A DNA stretch of 61,289 bases, the filler included. It is 4 parts of 4 records of this genome, joined end to end, with 100 filler letters (N's around TTAATTAATTAA, not from the genome) between each part and the next. Parts side by side here need not be neighbours in the genome. Positions count along the whole stretch, not along the records: positions 1 to 28,183 come from SRR20825010_321; positions 28,284 to 43,803 come from SRR20825010_331; 2 more parts are not named here. One strand, 5' to 3'. This document shows positions 21,191 through 30,273 of this stretch, one piece after another. The notes beneath the pieces are model-generated. The model did not search any database. It had not been told where the DNA came from and saw only the letters and a program-made list of their open reading frames with translations. A program made the translations under genes and the position numbers. Positions within the stretch are counted from its first letter, which is position 1; the number at the start of each line of letters is the position of its first letter.

Positions 21191-22738
21191 TCAAATGCTA
21201 CGTCCGGCGGCATCCCAGAACGGAGCCCGGAGTTTTCGCTTGAATATCTTGCCGGAATCTTCACGTGGTAGATCTGAATGAAATTCGACCTGTCTGGGAA
21301 CTTTGTAGCCGGCTATCCGCTCGCGCAGAAAAGCTCGGACATCGCTTTCTGAAATTTCGGAATGGGGCAGGCGCTGAACTACTGCAAAAACCTGTTCGCC
21401 GAATTCCTCATCGGGAATGCCGAATACCGCGCAATCATTAACGCCAGGCATCTTATGTAATTCGGCTTCGATCTCGGCTGGATAGATATTGACCCCGCCG
21501 GAAATAATCATGTCTTTGGCGCGGTCGCAAAGATACAGGAAGCCGTCATCATCTAGATATCCGATATCGCCGAGCGAGATGAGGCCGGCCTTCTCCGCGC
21601 GGCGGCGTTTCTCATCGTCGCCATGATAAGTGAAGTCGGGGATGCTATGCGTGCGGCAAACGACTTCACCTGTTGCGCCTTTTGATAGCTCCTCGCCATT
21701 CTCGCCAAGTACGCGAACTTCTGCGCCATCAATCGCCTTGCCGACCGTGCCCGGATGAGCAAGCCATTCGACACTGTCACAAAATACCACCGCGCCGGTT
21801 TCTGTGCCGCCGTAATATTCGAAGATCACCGGCCCCCACCATTCGATCATTGCTTGTTTGACATGCACCGGACACGGCGCTGCCGCGTGCACAACAAAAC
21901 GAAGCGACGAGAGGTCATATTTTTTCTTAACGTCTTCGGGCAACTTGAGCAGGCGCACAAACATGGTTGGGACCATGTGAAGATGTGTCACTTTGTGCTT
22001 CTCAATTAGCGCTAATAGTTCCTCTGGATCAAACCGAGGTTGCAGAATGCAACTTGCTCCTACACGGAAGGCGAACAGACCGTAGGCGTTGGGCGCAGAG
22101 TGATACATGGGACCGGTTACAACCGTTACCATGTCCGTTGGATCGCCATACTTGGGATGAAAACCCATCACGTGGCCGATAATTTCAGACCAAGCCACGG
22201 CTTGCTGTGCGTCTGGCCTTGAACGGCGAACCCCCTTGGGATGTCCCGTCGTGCCCGATGTGTAAATCATCGTGCCTGGGGGTTCATCCGGACCTTTTGT
22301 CTTGGCTGGAAATTGTTTCAACCAGTCTTTCCAGAGCGGCACACCTGAGGGAACAGCACAGTCCGACTTTGCCAGCCCATAGGCAGTCATGATTTCCGGT
22401 GGTGTCTCGACGATCAAAACTGGCACGCCTTTAGGCAGGGCATTAGCAATTGGGTGGTAGAGATCTGCATGGATCACAATAGCCTTGGCGCCGGAGTTGC
22501 TAAAAATATAGGCGGCTTCATCTGGTGAATTGTGCCAGTTGGCTGGTGTGGAATAGGCACCGACAAGACCAGCTGCGACAGAAGCCTCAAAAAATGCAAA
22601 ATCATTGCGCAGATAGATGGCAATCACATCGCCTTGGCCTATGCCGAGTTCCACAAAGCCGCCGGCTGCACGGGCCGCATTTTCGGTCATTTGTGCGATG
22701 TCGGCCTGTCGCGCACCCGAAAGCATTATACCAGCCAT
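21191..22738 (-). CDS. Acyl-CoA synthetase (AMP-binding)
   Basis: YTSGTTGHPKG, PMYHSAP, YGGTE, DRAKDMIISGGVNIYPAEIE. Confidence 0.94.
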   Translation of the reverse strand: MAGIMLSGARQADIAQMTENAARAAGGFVELGIGQGDVIAIYLRNDFAFFEASVAAGLVGAYSTPANWHNSPDEAAYIFSNSGAKAIVIHADLYHPIANALPKGVPVLIVETPPEIMTAYGLAKSDCAVPSGVPLWKDWLKQFPAKTKGPDEPPGTMIYTSGTTGHPKGVRRSRPDAQQAVAWSEIIGHVMGFHPKYGDPTDMVTVVTGPMYHSAPNAYGLFAFRVGASCILQPRFDPEELLALIEKHKVTHLHMVPTMFVRLLKLPEDVKKKYDLSSLRFVVHAAAPCPVHVKQAMIEWWGPVIFEYYGGTETGAVVFCDSVEWLAHPGTVGKAIDGAEVRVLGENGEELSKGATGEVVCRTHSIPDFTYHGDDEKRRRAEKAGLISLGDIGYLDDDGFLYLCDRAKDMIISGGVNIYPAEIEAELHKMPGVNDCAVFGIPDEEFGEQVFAVVQRLPHSEISESDVRAFLRERIAGYKVPRQVEFHSDLPREDSGKIFKRKLRAPFWDAAGRSI

Positions 22739-23019
22739 CAGCTTCTCCTCCCAAAAAAGCGTTGCCTTTGCGTGACTCTATCAGGCTACTCGGGAAGAGA
22801 AATGACAATTTCCATATCTCCGCCATTTCCATGTCGCAATATGGACACATCCGCCGCCAAGTATCGAGGCGATCCAGTTTCGGGAAATTAGACCAAGGAA
22901 CTGATCGTGAATATTTATGACGCCAAGCCAAACTAAGGCTACGGTGTTCAGTGAACTGTTTGTTTTCTTATTGGTGTTTGAACGCATTCCGCATTCGACA
23001 CTCGGACAAGGAGAATTTC

Positions 23020-23223
23020 ATGCTACGCAAGACCGTTATTGGTTTGTCTATTGCTCTTCCTCTTATGGGTGCTCTTGCTGCCTGTGATGACAAAGGTCCT
23101 GCAGAGCAAGCAGGTGAGAAAATTGATGAAGCAGGTGAATCGATCAGCGACGCAATGAGCTCTGACGGACCGGCTGAAGAAATGGGTGAGAAAATTGACG
23201 AGGCAGTGACGCCCGACCAATAA
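23020..23223 (+). CDS. Small lipoprotein with duplicated GPAE-GEKIDEA motif
   Basis: AAGGAG RBS, signal peptide with LAAC lipobox, internal repeat, downstream terminator. Confidence 0.85.
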   Translation: MLRKTVIGLSIALPLMGALAACDDKGPAEQAGEKIDEAGESISDAMSSDGPAEEMGEKIDEAVTPDQ

Positions 23224-23242
23224 GCGATATTCGACTAATGCT

Positions 23243-23276
23243 AAAAGGGCCTGCCAGAAACTGGCGGGCCCTTTTT
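23243..23276. terminator. Bidirectional intrinsic terminator
   Basis: AAAAGGGCCTGCCAG-AAA-CTGGCGGGCCCTTTTT between convergent genes. Confidence 0.88.
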
Positions 23277-23292
23277 CGTTCTCTGGAATAAA

Positions 23293-24525
23293 TTAGCTAT
23301 ATCGGGCTTCACGTTTTTTGCCGGTATTGCCCGACTTAACTTTATCAAGAGCCCATTTCAGATCTTCGAGATATGTATCGGCGACCTGAAGATGAAAGGG
23401 AGATAGCATGAGATGCAAACTTGGCGGCTCTGTGGTCACACTTGTAAACCATCCGCGCTCGTAGAGTTTTGCCCAGATATCCATGCAGCCGAGTTCATCA
23501 TGGGTGAAAGCTGTAATGCCAAGTTGGGGGCGGCCCAGAACACGGAAACCCAATGCTTGGACACCAGCCTCGATTTTTTCACGCGCGTCTGTCACCTGTT
23601 TGTGCTTCGCTCGATATCCAGTGACACCCAGGAAATTCATGACCGCCCAAGCTGCTGAAATAGCGCCGCCAGGTCGTGTGCCGGCAAGTGTGGGCGTGAC
23701 CATGCGGCCACCCGGCCAATTTTTGGTATCAAAAATCATATGCTTACGCAGATCTTCCGAACGGAACAAAACCGTTGATGCTCCTTTCGCGCAATATCCG
23801 TATTTATGCAGATCGGCGGACATAGAATGGACGCCAGCGACTTCGAAGTCGAACGGTGAGATGTCGCCGCCATTCATTCGCACGAAAGGAGCGATATATC
23901 CGCCCACGCAAGCATCGACATGTAGCCAGAGGTTTTTAGCTTTAGCCAATGCGCCAAGTTTTTCGATGGGGTCTATCAGTCCATATGGAAATGTTGGGGC
24001 AGAACCGACAATCATTATTGTATGGTCATCCACGGAATTGCCCATTGCATCGACATCAGCGAGGTAATCTGGTGTTATCGGAATGCGTCGGATTTCGATT
24101 TCCATCAAATGAGCTGATTTATCAAAGGCGGGATGCGCGGAATAGGGCAGAACGATATTCAGAGCGCCGGAGATATTTCGCACATTGCGCGCATAGTCGC
24201 GGGCGGCCTTCATGGCCATGGTAATCGAATCTGTGCCACCGGATGTTATGTTGCCCACCGAACCTTCCGGGCCATGAAGCAGGCCGAGGCCCATACTGAT
24301 GACTTCATCTTCCATGCATTTAAGGCTGGGGAATGCGGCGGGGCCAAGACCGTTCTCGGACATAAATAGCGTGTATGCTTCCTTCTGGACGCGCTCCACA
24401 TCCGGTCCTGCATTGAAGACATAAACCGCAGTTTTGCCGTCACGCCATTTCGCATCCTTGCCACCGCGCTCATGCATTTCGGATTTAAGTTGGTCCCATG
24501 CGGTTCCGTTCTCGGGCATCGTCAT
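23293..24525 (-). CDS. Sphingosine-1-phosphate-lyase-like PLP enzyme (group II decarboxylase fold)
   Basis: TSGGTDSI, WLHVDACVGG, SADLHKYGY, PTLAGTRPGG. Confidence 0.85.
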   Translation of the reverse strand: MTMPENGTAWDQLKSEMHERGGKDAKWRDGKTAVYVFNAGPDVERVQKEAYTLFMSENGLGPAAFPSLKCMEDEVISMGLGLLHGPEGSVGNITSGGTDSITMAMKAARDYARNVRNISGALNIVLPYSAHPAFDKSAHLMEIEIRRIPITPDYLADVDAMGNSVDDHTIMIVGSAPTFPYGLIDPIEKLGALAKAKNLWLHVDACVGGYIAPFVRMNGGDISPFDFEVAGVHSMSADLHKYGYCAKGASTVLFRSEDLRKHMIFDTKNWPGGRMVTPTLAGTRPGGAISAAWAVMNFLGVTGYRAKHKQVTDAREKIEAGVQALGFRVLGRPQLGITAFTHDELGCMDIWAKLYERGWFTSVTTEPPSLHLMLSPFHLQVADTYLEDLKWALDKVKSGNTGKKREARYS

Positions 24526-24659
24526 GTTGGTTTTCCACAAATAGTCTAAATTTCACCAATCAGGGCTAGCCATAGTCGCTCAAATTGTGTGTTGCGCAAG
24601 TCTGCCATAGAGGAAACCATATTCCCCAAAAGAAACGAATATTTTCGGGAGGAAAAGTC

Positions 24660-25508
24660 ATGACCCAATATGCGGACCTGCTCTATGAGGTGAAAAATCG
24701 TATTGGTCTCATCACCCTAAACAGGCCAGAAAAGCTAAACGCCTGGACTGCTGCTATGGAGAAGAACGTCAAACAGGCACTGTCTGCCGCTGTAGAAGAT
24801 GATGAGGTAAGGGTGATCGTTATTACAGGTGCCGGCCGCGGGTTTTGTGCGGGGGCCGACATGAACCTTCTCCAGTCAATCCAGCCGACGAAATGGGAAG
24901 ATCGCGAACTTGCCAAAGCTTCTCGCGAGGAAAACTACGATTTCAGTAGCGGTTTAGGACCTGATGTAAGTCGCCATTATGGCGGGCGCTTTGGCTATCT
25001 ATTCCAGATCAAGAAGCCGATTATCGCGGCGATCAACGGTCCAGCAGCGGGTCTAGGTCTGGTTTTTGCGCTTTATGCCGATATTCGCTTTGCAGGTTCG
25101 GAAGCGAAATTCACAACCTCCTTTGCACAACGCGGACTGATTGCCGAACATGGCATTTCATGGCTATTGCCGCATCTTGTTGGTCCAGCCCACGCACTTG
25201 ATCTTTTAATGTCTGCGAGGAAGTTCTCAGCATTTGAGGCGGAGAAAATTGGGTTGGTGAACAAGGTCTTTGATCAAGAAGGTTTTTTGAACGTAGTATT
25301 GGATTACGCTTCGACGATGGCTGAGACAGTTTCTCCGCGTTCGATGGCTGTTATGAAAGCGCAGACATGGAAAGCCCTGTTCCAGAGTTTCGATGAGGCT
25401 CTTGTTGTCGGTGACGCCGAAATGCAGAAAAGTTTTGCAACGGAGGACTTCAAGGAAGGTGTCGCTCATTTTGTAGAGAAGCGGAAAGCCAATTTCACAG
25501 GTCGCTAA
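24660..25508 (+). CDS. Enoyl-CoA hydratase/isomerase
   Basis: LNRPEKLNA, FCAGAD, KPIIAAINGPAAG, EDFKEGVAHFVEKRKANF; GGAGG RBS before ATG 24660. Confidence 0.93.
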   Translation: MTQYADLLYEVKNRIGLITLNRPEKLNAWTAAMEKNVKQALSAAVEDDEVRVIVITGAGRGFCAGADMNLLQSIQPTKWEDRELAKASREENYDFSSGLGPDVSRHYGGRFGYLFQIKKPIIAAINGPAAGLGLVFALYADIRFAGSEAKFTTSFAQRGLIAEHGISWLLPHLVGPAHALDLLMSARKFSAFEAEKIGLVNKVFDQEGFLNVVLDYASTMAETVSPRSMAVMKAQTWKALFQSFDEALVVGDAEMQKSFATEDFKEGVAHFVEKRKANFTGR

Positions 25509-25522
25509 GCATGAAATTCAAA

Positions 25523-25554
25523 GAAAAGGGCGCGATGTAACGACACCGCGCCCT
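25523..25554. terminator. Probable intrinsic terminator (mainly for btuB on the minus strand)
   Basis: AAAAGGGCGCG...CGCGCCCTT hairpin between convergent genes. Confidence 0.65.
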
Positions 25555-25570
25555 TAGATTTTTGTACCGA

Positions 25571-27559
25571 TTAGAAAGTAACGGAAAGACCGGCAAGCGC
25601 TTCGATGCCCGCCGCTTCAAAGCCATGCGCAGGCTCATAGTTTTGATCAAGCAGGTTGTTCACGCCGACCGTCAGAGTCAGATTATCAGTTACCTTTTGC
25701 GACAGGCCGATGTTCACGATCGTATAGGCTGACGGATAGACATAGTAGGGAACGAAACCATCACGCGAGATGTCACGATGGGGATCAGCCCACTGTATAT
25801 TTGTCGATAAACTAGTGCTGTTTGTCGGCTTCCAATCGGCGGTGAAGCCAATCTTGTGTCGGGGGCGGCGTGTCATGGTTGTCGTAAATGTCTCGGAATT
25901 GACTTGTGTATATGTGTAGTCAATTCGTGTTTTTAGATTATTCAGGATATCGAAAGCCACAAAGGTTTCGACGCCCTTTGTTTCGAGTTTGTCAGTATTG
26001 CGCGAGGTTGAGTCAAAGCCGACATAAACAACAGAAATCGCGTTCTTAATGTCGTTCTGGAACCATGCGAAACCGGCTCGCAGTTTACCGTCGAGGAAGC
26101 CTTGTTCAATTCCTGCGTCCCAACCTGTGCTTGTTTCCGGCTTGAGGTTTGGGTTGCCACTATAGGAATTGCCGAATGAGTTCGGATCATAGCCATAGAG
26201 TTGATAGAGCGACGGCGCTTTAAAGCCCGTGCCGTAGCTTGCGGTGAACCGTGTGTCAGTCGAGGCAATGTAATAGCCTGGAGCAATCGTATAGCTGAAG
26301 CGGTTCTCGAAATCCTCCGGCATATCATAGCGACCATTGACCGTAAGGAAGAAGCTATCGCCGATTGTAATGTGGTCTCCAAGGTAGACGCTTGTGGCGC
26401 TTGTGCTCGCATCTGAATTAGGCAGGATCAGGAAGCCACCGGTGAAATCGCGCGCACCGCTAGCTTTGAATTCGTTGCGTTCATAGGTTGTACCGAAAGT
26501 CAGAAGATTGTGCGGAATGACTTCAAGTGCGTTAGAAAATTCGACCTTTTGCGTATTGCCTGTTGCGCCGACTTCATAGGAATAGATCGAGTCATTGGGA
26601 ACAACCACATCATAGCTATCGGAGATGAGGCGGCTCATTCCGAGGGTCAGTTTAGGGCGCCAAACATGTTGAAAGAAGGAACCTTCGATGTTCGCACCGA
26701 TCAGCAATGTGGATGATTTCGTCTGGTTATTCCGGTTCTGATAGGTGTTGTTGAAGAAGCTATCCGATCCGGAATCGTCGATGTCGGTGTTTGATTTTGT
26801 ATATTGGATAAAGGCACCTGCTTTGATCTGTTCGTTGATCTCGACACCAAAATTGCCAGACAGGTTAAAATTCTCGTTGCCATCGTCTTCATCGCCCTCT
26901 GCGCCACGAAGACGGGCAGGGGTTACATCGCTGCCATCTGTGGCATTGCGAGCAGCGGAGAAGAAATAAGTAACGGACCCCGCTGAACCGCCAGTACTCG
27001 CGCTTGTATTGATAGTGCCAAGCGTACCGAACTCGATCTTTGCAGTGGACACTGGCGATGTGTCGCCCGTCTTTGTGATGATGTTGATAACACCGCCTAT
27101 TGCCTGACTGCCATAAAGAGCACTTTGGGGTCCACGGACAACTTCGATGCGTTCAACATTATCGAGGGTAATAGTACCAAGATTCGCAGCGCCACTAGGT
27201 GAGGACGGATCATTGATAGCGATGCCGTTCAGCATCACTAATGTTTGATTGGATTGCGCTCCGCGCGTAAACACAGAGGTCAGCGTCCCTTTGCCGCCAG
27301 ACTGAACGACGTGCAGACCAGGAACGGACTGCAGAGCATCAACAATGTCACGGTACTGATAGGATGCGATATCTTCGGCTGAGATAATGGTGAAGGAACT
27401 GGCGACTTCTTTTGTCGGCAGGGCCACAGCGCCCGTTGTCACCAGCAGTTCTGGCAAATCGACAGTTTCGCTATCGGCATTTGCGGAGGAAAGGGCTGCT
27501 GCCCCGTAGAGAAGTGCGAGCAGGGAAACTTGCCATGCCCGATTGATTGAGTTGTTCAT
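25571..27559 (-). CDS. btuB: TonB-dependent cobalamin receptor
   Basis: Plug motif ERIEVVRGPQSALYGSQAIGGVINIITK, GNPNLKPE, C-terminal F; cobalamin riboswitch upstream; start at ATG 27559. Confidence 0.9.
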   Translation of the reverse strand: MNNSINRAWQVSLLALLYGAAALSSANADSETVDLPELLVTTGAVALPTKEVASSFTIISAEDIASYQYRDIVDALQSVPGLHVVQSGGKGTLTSVFTRGAQSNQTLVMLNGIAINDPSSPSGAANLGTITLDNVERIEVVRGPQSALYGSQAIGGVINIITKTGDTSPVSTAKIEFGTLGTINTSASTGGSAGSVTYFFSAARNATDGSDVTPARLRGAEGDEDDGNENFNLSGNFGVEINEQIKAGAFIQYTKSNTDIDDSGSDSFFNNTYQNRNNQTKSSTLLIGANIEGSFFQHVWRPKLTLGMSRLISDSYDVVVPNDSIYSYEVGATGNTQKVEFSNALEVIPHNLLTFGTTYERNEFKASGARDFTGGFLILPNSDASTSATSVYLGDHITIGDSFFLTVNGRYDMPEDFENRFSYTIAPGYYIASTDTRFTASYGTGFKAPSLYQLYGYDPNSFGNSYSGNPNLKPETSTGWDAGIEQGFLDGKLRAGFAWFQNDIKNAISVVYVGFDSTSRNTDKLETKGVETFVAFDILNNLKTRIDYTYTQVNSETFTTTMTRRPRHKIGFTADWKPTNSTSLSTNIQWADPHRDISRDGFVPYYVYPSAYTIVNIGLSQKVTDNLTLTVGVNNLLDQNYEPAHGFEAAGIEALAGLSVTF

Positions 27560-27760
27560 TTGAACCCTCTCATGTCGTTCGCGGCCAACCCCGGCCGCCA
27601 GGACCGGTGACAAGAGAGTGATTGAGGGAAGGGTGTTTGGCGGCGCGGTCGAGGCAACTGCAAGTGCGATAATCGACCGCACGGCTTAATGCTCGCCGCG
27701 TCACCTAAGCAAAAACCCTGCCCCGTCGACACACCCCGGTCTCCGGCAGATGACGCGCTG

Positions 27761-27975
27761 AATGGCAGGTCTCCTGGCTCACGGGTCTCCGACTTCGATC
27801 CGCCTTCCCATCGTGCACCCCTAAGGGTTTGAGACAGTGGCTATATGGAGCGAGATCTCGCCGCTTACAGTTGCGGGGGCAGCCAGGGCATCAGCAAGGC
27901 CGCCAATTGACGGTGCTTCACCCTGTTCCCTCTTGCCTCCCTTGATCGCAAGGTCATTGCGTCGCAGGAACCATC
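27761..27975 (-). ncRNA. Cobalamin riboswitch
   Basis: Minus strand reads GGTTCC...AGAGGGAACAGGGTG...CTGCCCCCGCAACTGTAA...GCCACTG...GGGAAGG...GAGCCAGGAGACCTGCCA (B12 box). Confidence 0.96.
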
Positions 27976-27986
27976 AAGCAGGGCGC

Positions 27987-28014
27987 ACTATAGGTAGAGG
28001 TGCTGGCATGTCAA
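27987..28014 (-). promoter_or_regulatory. Sigma70-type promoter for riboswitch-btuB
   Basis: TTGACA-16 nt-TATAGT on the minus strand directly upstream of the riboswitch. Confidence 0.72.
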
Positions 28015-28154
28015 ATTGTGACATTTTCTGGGCAAGAAGTGCGGCCGCTCTTTGTTCGTGCCGCGTGGAAATGGCGGTGCTTCAGATTGCAGCCTCCGCG
28101 CAAAATTAGGTGCTGAGTAGCTACAAACGGCCGAAAATAAAGGGAAAATCGGAT

Positions 28155-28183
28155 TGGTCGGAGTGAGAGGATTCGAACCTCCG
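28155..28183 (-). tRNA. tRNA-Pro, 3' part only (cut by contig end)
   Basis: Reverse complement CGGAGGTTCGAATCCTCTCACTCCGACCA: T arm, acceptor strand ending CCG-A-CCA typical of tRNA-Pro; anticodon not visible. Confidence 0.85.
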
Positions 28184-28283
28184 NNNNNNNNNNNNNNNNN
28201 NNNNNNNNNNNNNNNNNNNNNNNNNNNTTAATTAATTAANNNNNNNNNNNNNNNNNNNNNNNNNNNNNNNNNNNNNNNNNNNN
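28184..28283. other. Artificial contig linker
   Basis: 44 N + TTAATTAATTAA (stops in six frames) + 44 N. Confidence 0.99.
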
Positions 28284-28370
28284 GAAGAAGATCAGCATGA
28301 TGAACACGATGTCCAGCATCGGGGTCATGTTGACTTCTGCTTCTTCTTCTGCCTTTGCGAATTTACGCAT
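28284..28370 (-). CDS. exbD: ExbD/TolR biopolymer transport protein, 3'-truncated
   Basis: Manual translation MRKFAKAEEEAEVNMTPMLDIVFIMLIFF (ExbD TPxxD TM motif). Confidence 0.93.
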
Positions 28371-28392
28371 TGGTTAAACTCCAGTTCCTGGT

Positions 28393-28920
28393 CTAGTGAT
28401 CAGTCGTCAGGCTATCTTCGAGACGCTCTGATTCGCGCTTAGCACGGCGTTCGATATAGGTGCTCAAGAACACGCCCGAGAGCGCAGCAACCATGCCCGC
28501 CATTGTCGGGATTGTTGCTTTTGATACACCTGCTGCCATGGCACGGGCGTTTGACGTCCCCTGCGAACCCATGACATCGAAAACCTCAATCATGCCTGTC
28601 ACTGTACCCATCAGCCCGATAAGGGGGCAGAGGGCCACGAGCGTTTTGATCATACCCACACCCTGATTCAGGTTGTGGTGGACCTCAGAGATCATGGCGA
28701 TGCGGATTTTATGCGCATACCAGGACCGCCGCTCGGCACGGGATTCCCATGCGTCAACAACACGATTCTTCTGCTTTTTGTACTCCAGCGCGAAGTACCA
28801 GAGACGCTCAACGATTAACACCCACATGATGAACGTGACCGCGAGGATCATGAGAAGGACGTCGCCGCCCCTCTCCATGAACGCACGGATCGCGTCGAAT
28901 GCTTCGTTAAGCGCTAGCAT
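28393..28920 (-). CDS. exbB: MotA/TolQ/ExbB proton channel (ExbB2-like)
   Basis: CPLIGLMGTVTGMI, AAGVSKATIPTMAG; AGGAG RBS before ATG 28920. Confidence 0.92.
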   Translation of the reverse strand: MLALNEAFDAIRAFMERGGDVLLMILAVTFIMWVLIVERLWYFALEYKKQKNRVVDAWESRAERRSWYAHKIRIAMISEVHHNLNQGVGMIKTLVALCPLIGLMGTVTGMIEVFDVMGSQGTSNARAMAAGVSKATIPTMAGMVAALSGVFLSTYIERRAKRESERLEDSLTTDH

Positions 28921-30271
28921 TCGCATGCTCCTTCTCTGCGTGTACAGCAATGATACCAGCGGATTGCTCTTCAAGTACGTGGATCACGGACTTGGAAGCA
29001 CCGGCAACAAAGGCATGCAGCAGCAGAGTCGGGATAGCAACAACGAGACCTTCAACCGTCGTCATAAGGGCAGCGGAAATACCGGATGCCATCATGGTCG
29101 GGTCACCAGCACCGAAGAGGGTGATAGCCTGGAAGGTTTCGATCATACCGGTCACAGTACCAAGAAGACCGAACAGTGGAGCTACAGCGGAGATCAGTTT
29201 GATCAAGACAAGGAAGCGCTCAAGGGCGGGCGTTTCCTTCAGGATGGCTTCGTCAAGCTTGAGCTCAAGTGTTTCAACATCAACGTTTCTGTTGTTGTCG
29301 TAAACAGCGAGAACACGGCCCAGCGGGTTGTCAGTGCTGACGGTGTCAGACTGGATCTGCCGGCGAACCTTGCCTTTAACGACCATGAGGTACAGCCACT
29401 GGGCAATTGCCATCAGAACACCAACCGCACCAAGTGCAAGTGTGATGTAACCAATTTCTTTACCCTGAGCGATACGCTCTTCAAGAGTTGGTTTTTCAAC
29501 TTCCAGGTTCAGGAGCTGACCACGTGTTGGGTCAAGCGCAACGCCCGGCATACCGGAGTTAGCTGAAGTGAAGGAAGAAACCGTGTCAGTGAAGCGGCCT
29601 GAAGGCTGACGTTGCAGTTCTTCAACGGAACCGTCGTCCTTCAGAATGAAGAATTTTTCGCCGCTCATCAGAGCAAAGTCACCAACGCGGGTCAGCCGAA
29701 TAACTTCCGTTGTACCGTCAACCATACGAACTTCGTGGTCGAACGTAACAACTTCACCTGAACCGATAGACTCGAGGATCATTTGCGCAGGCCAGGAACG
29801 AATTTCGTCAAGTGTTGGCAGTTCAGCACTGTCAGCAGCTTTAGCAACGAGATTGTCGATCTCAGCCATACGGTCTGGGTTGTCGATAGTAACGTGCGAG
29901 CCTTTGATAACAGCTTTCGCGTCACCAGCAGCTTGCTGAAGAACACCGAACAGCTCTTGCAGCTGACCAAGACGGTCGCGCTGGATCTCGAGCTGACGAG
30001 CAATTTCTTCTTCGTTTGTGCGGCGTGTCTCTTCGAGACGCGCTGATTCGCGCTCTAGGCGCTCTTGTTCACGGCGTGCATCGGCCAGCAGCGTTTGCTG
30101 TTGGTCTTTGCGTGCCTGGAACTCAGCTTCGCGGCGTTTATGTTCTGCGGATTCGGTTACACTACCTTCACGTACTTTGTTGAGAAGGGAACCGAGATCA
30201 GCGGTTTGGGCCTGGACGGCAACAGTTGCACCAAAGACCAGGACAGCAGCAGATGTCAGAATCTTTTTCAT
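28907..30271 (-). CDS. Long ExbB-family protein with periplasmic coiled-coil extension (TtpC-like)
   Basis: Signal peptide, coiled coil, LDPTRG, APLFGLLGTVTGMIETFQAITLFGAGDP. Confidence 0.9.
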   Translation of the reverse strand: MKKILTSAAVLVFGATVAVQAQTADLGSLLNKVREGSVTESAEHKRREAEFQARKDQQQTLLADARREQERLERESARLEETRRTNEEEIARQLEIQRDRLGQLQELFGVLQQAAGDAKAVIKGSHVTIDNPDRMAEIDNLVAKAADSAELPTLDEIRSWPAQMILESIGSGEVVTFDHEVRMVDGTTEVIRLTRVGDFALMSGEKFFILKDDGSVEELQRQPSGRFTDTVSSFTSANSGMPGVALDPTRGQLLNLEVEKPTLEERIAQGKEIGYITLALGAVGVLMAIAQWLYLMVVKGKVRRQIQSDTVSTDNPLGRVLAVYDNNRNVDVETLELKLDEAILKETPALERFLVLIKLISAVAPLFGLLGTVTGMIETFQAITLFGAGDPTMMASGISAALMTTVEGLVVAIPTLLLHAFVAGASKSVIHVLEEQSAGIIAVHAEKEHANASA

Positions 30272-30273
30272 TA

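Noticed and set aside
22897..22980. Possible EcfG (GGAAC...GTT) promoter before the small lipoprotein
   Set aside because: Spacing does not fit the consensus.
27560..27682. N-terminal extension of btuB in the ORF track
   Set aside because: Lies in the riboswitch expression platform; the signal peptide begins at ATG 27559.
28228..28239. TTAATTAATTAA repeated three times in the window
   Set aside because: Centred in fixed-length N runs; a synthetic six-frame stop linker.
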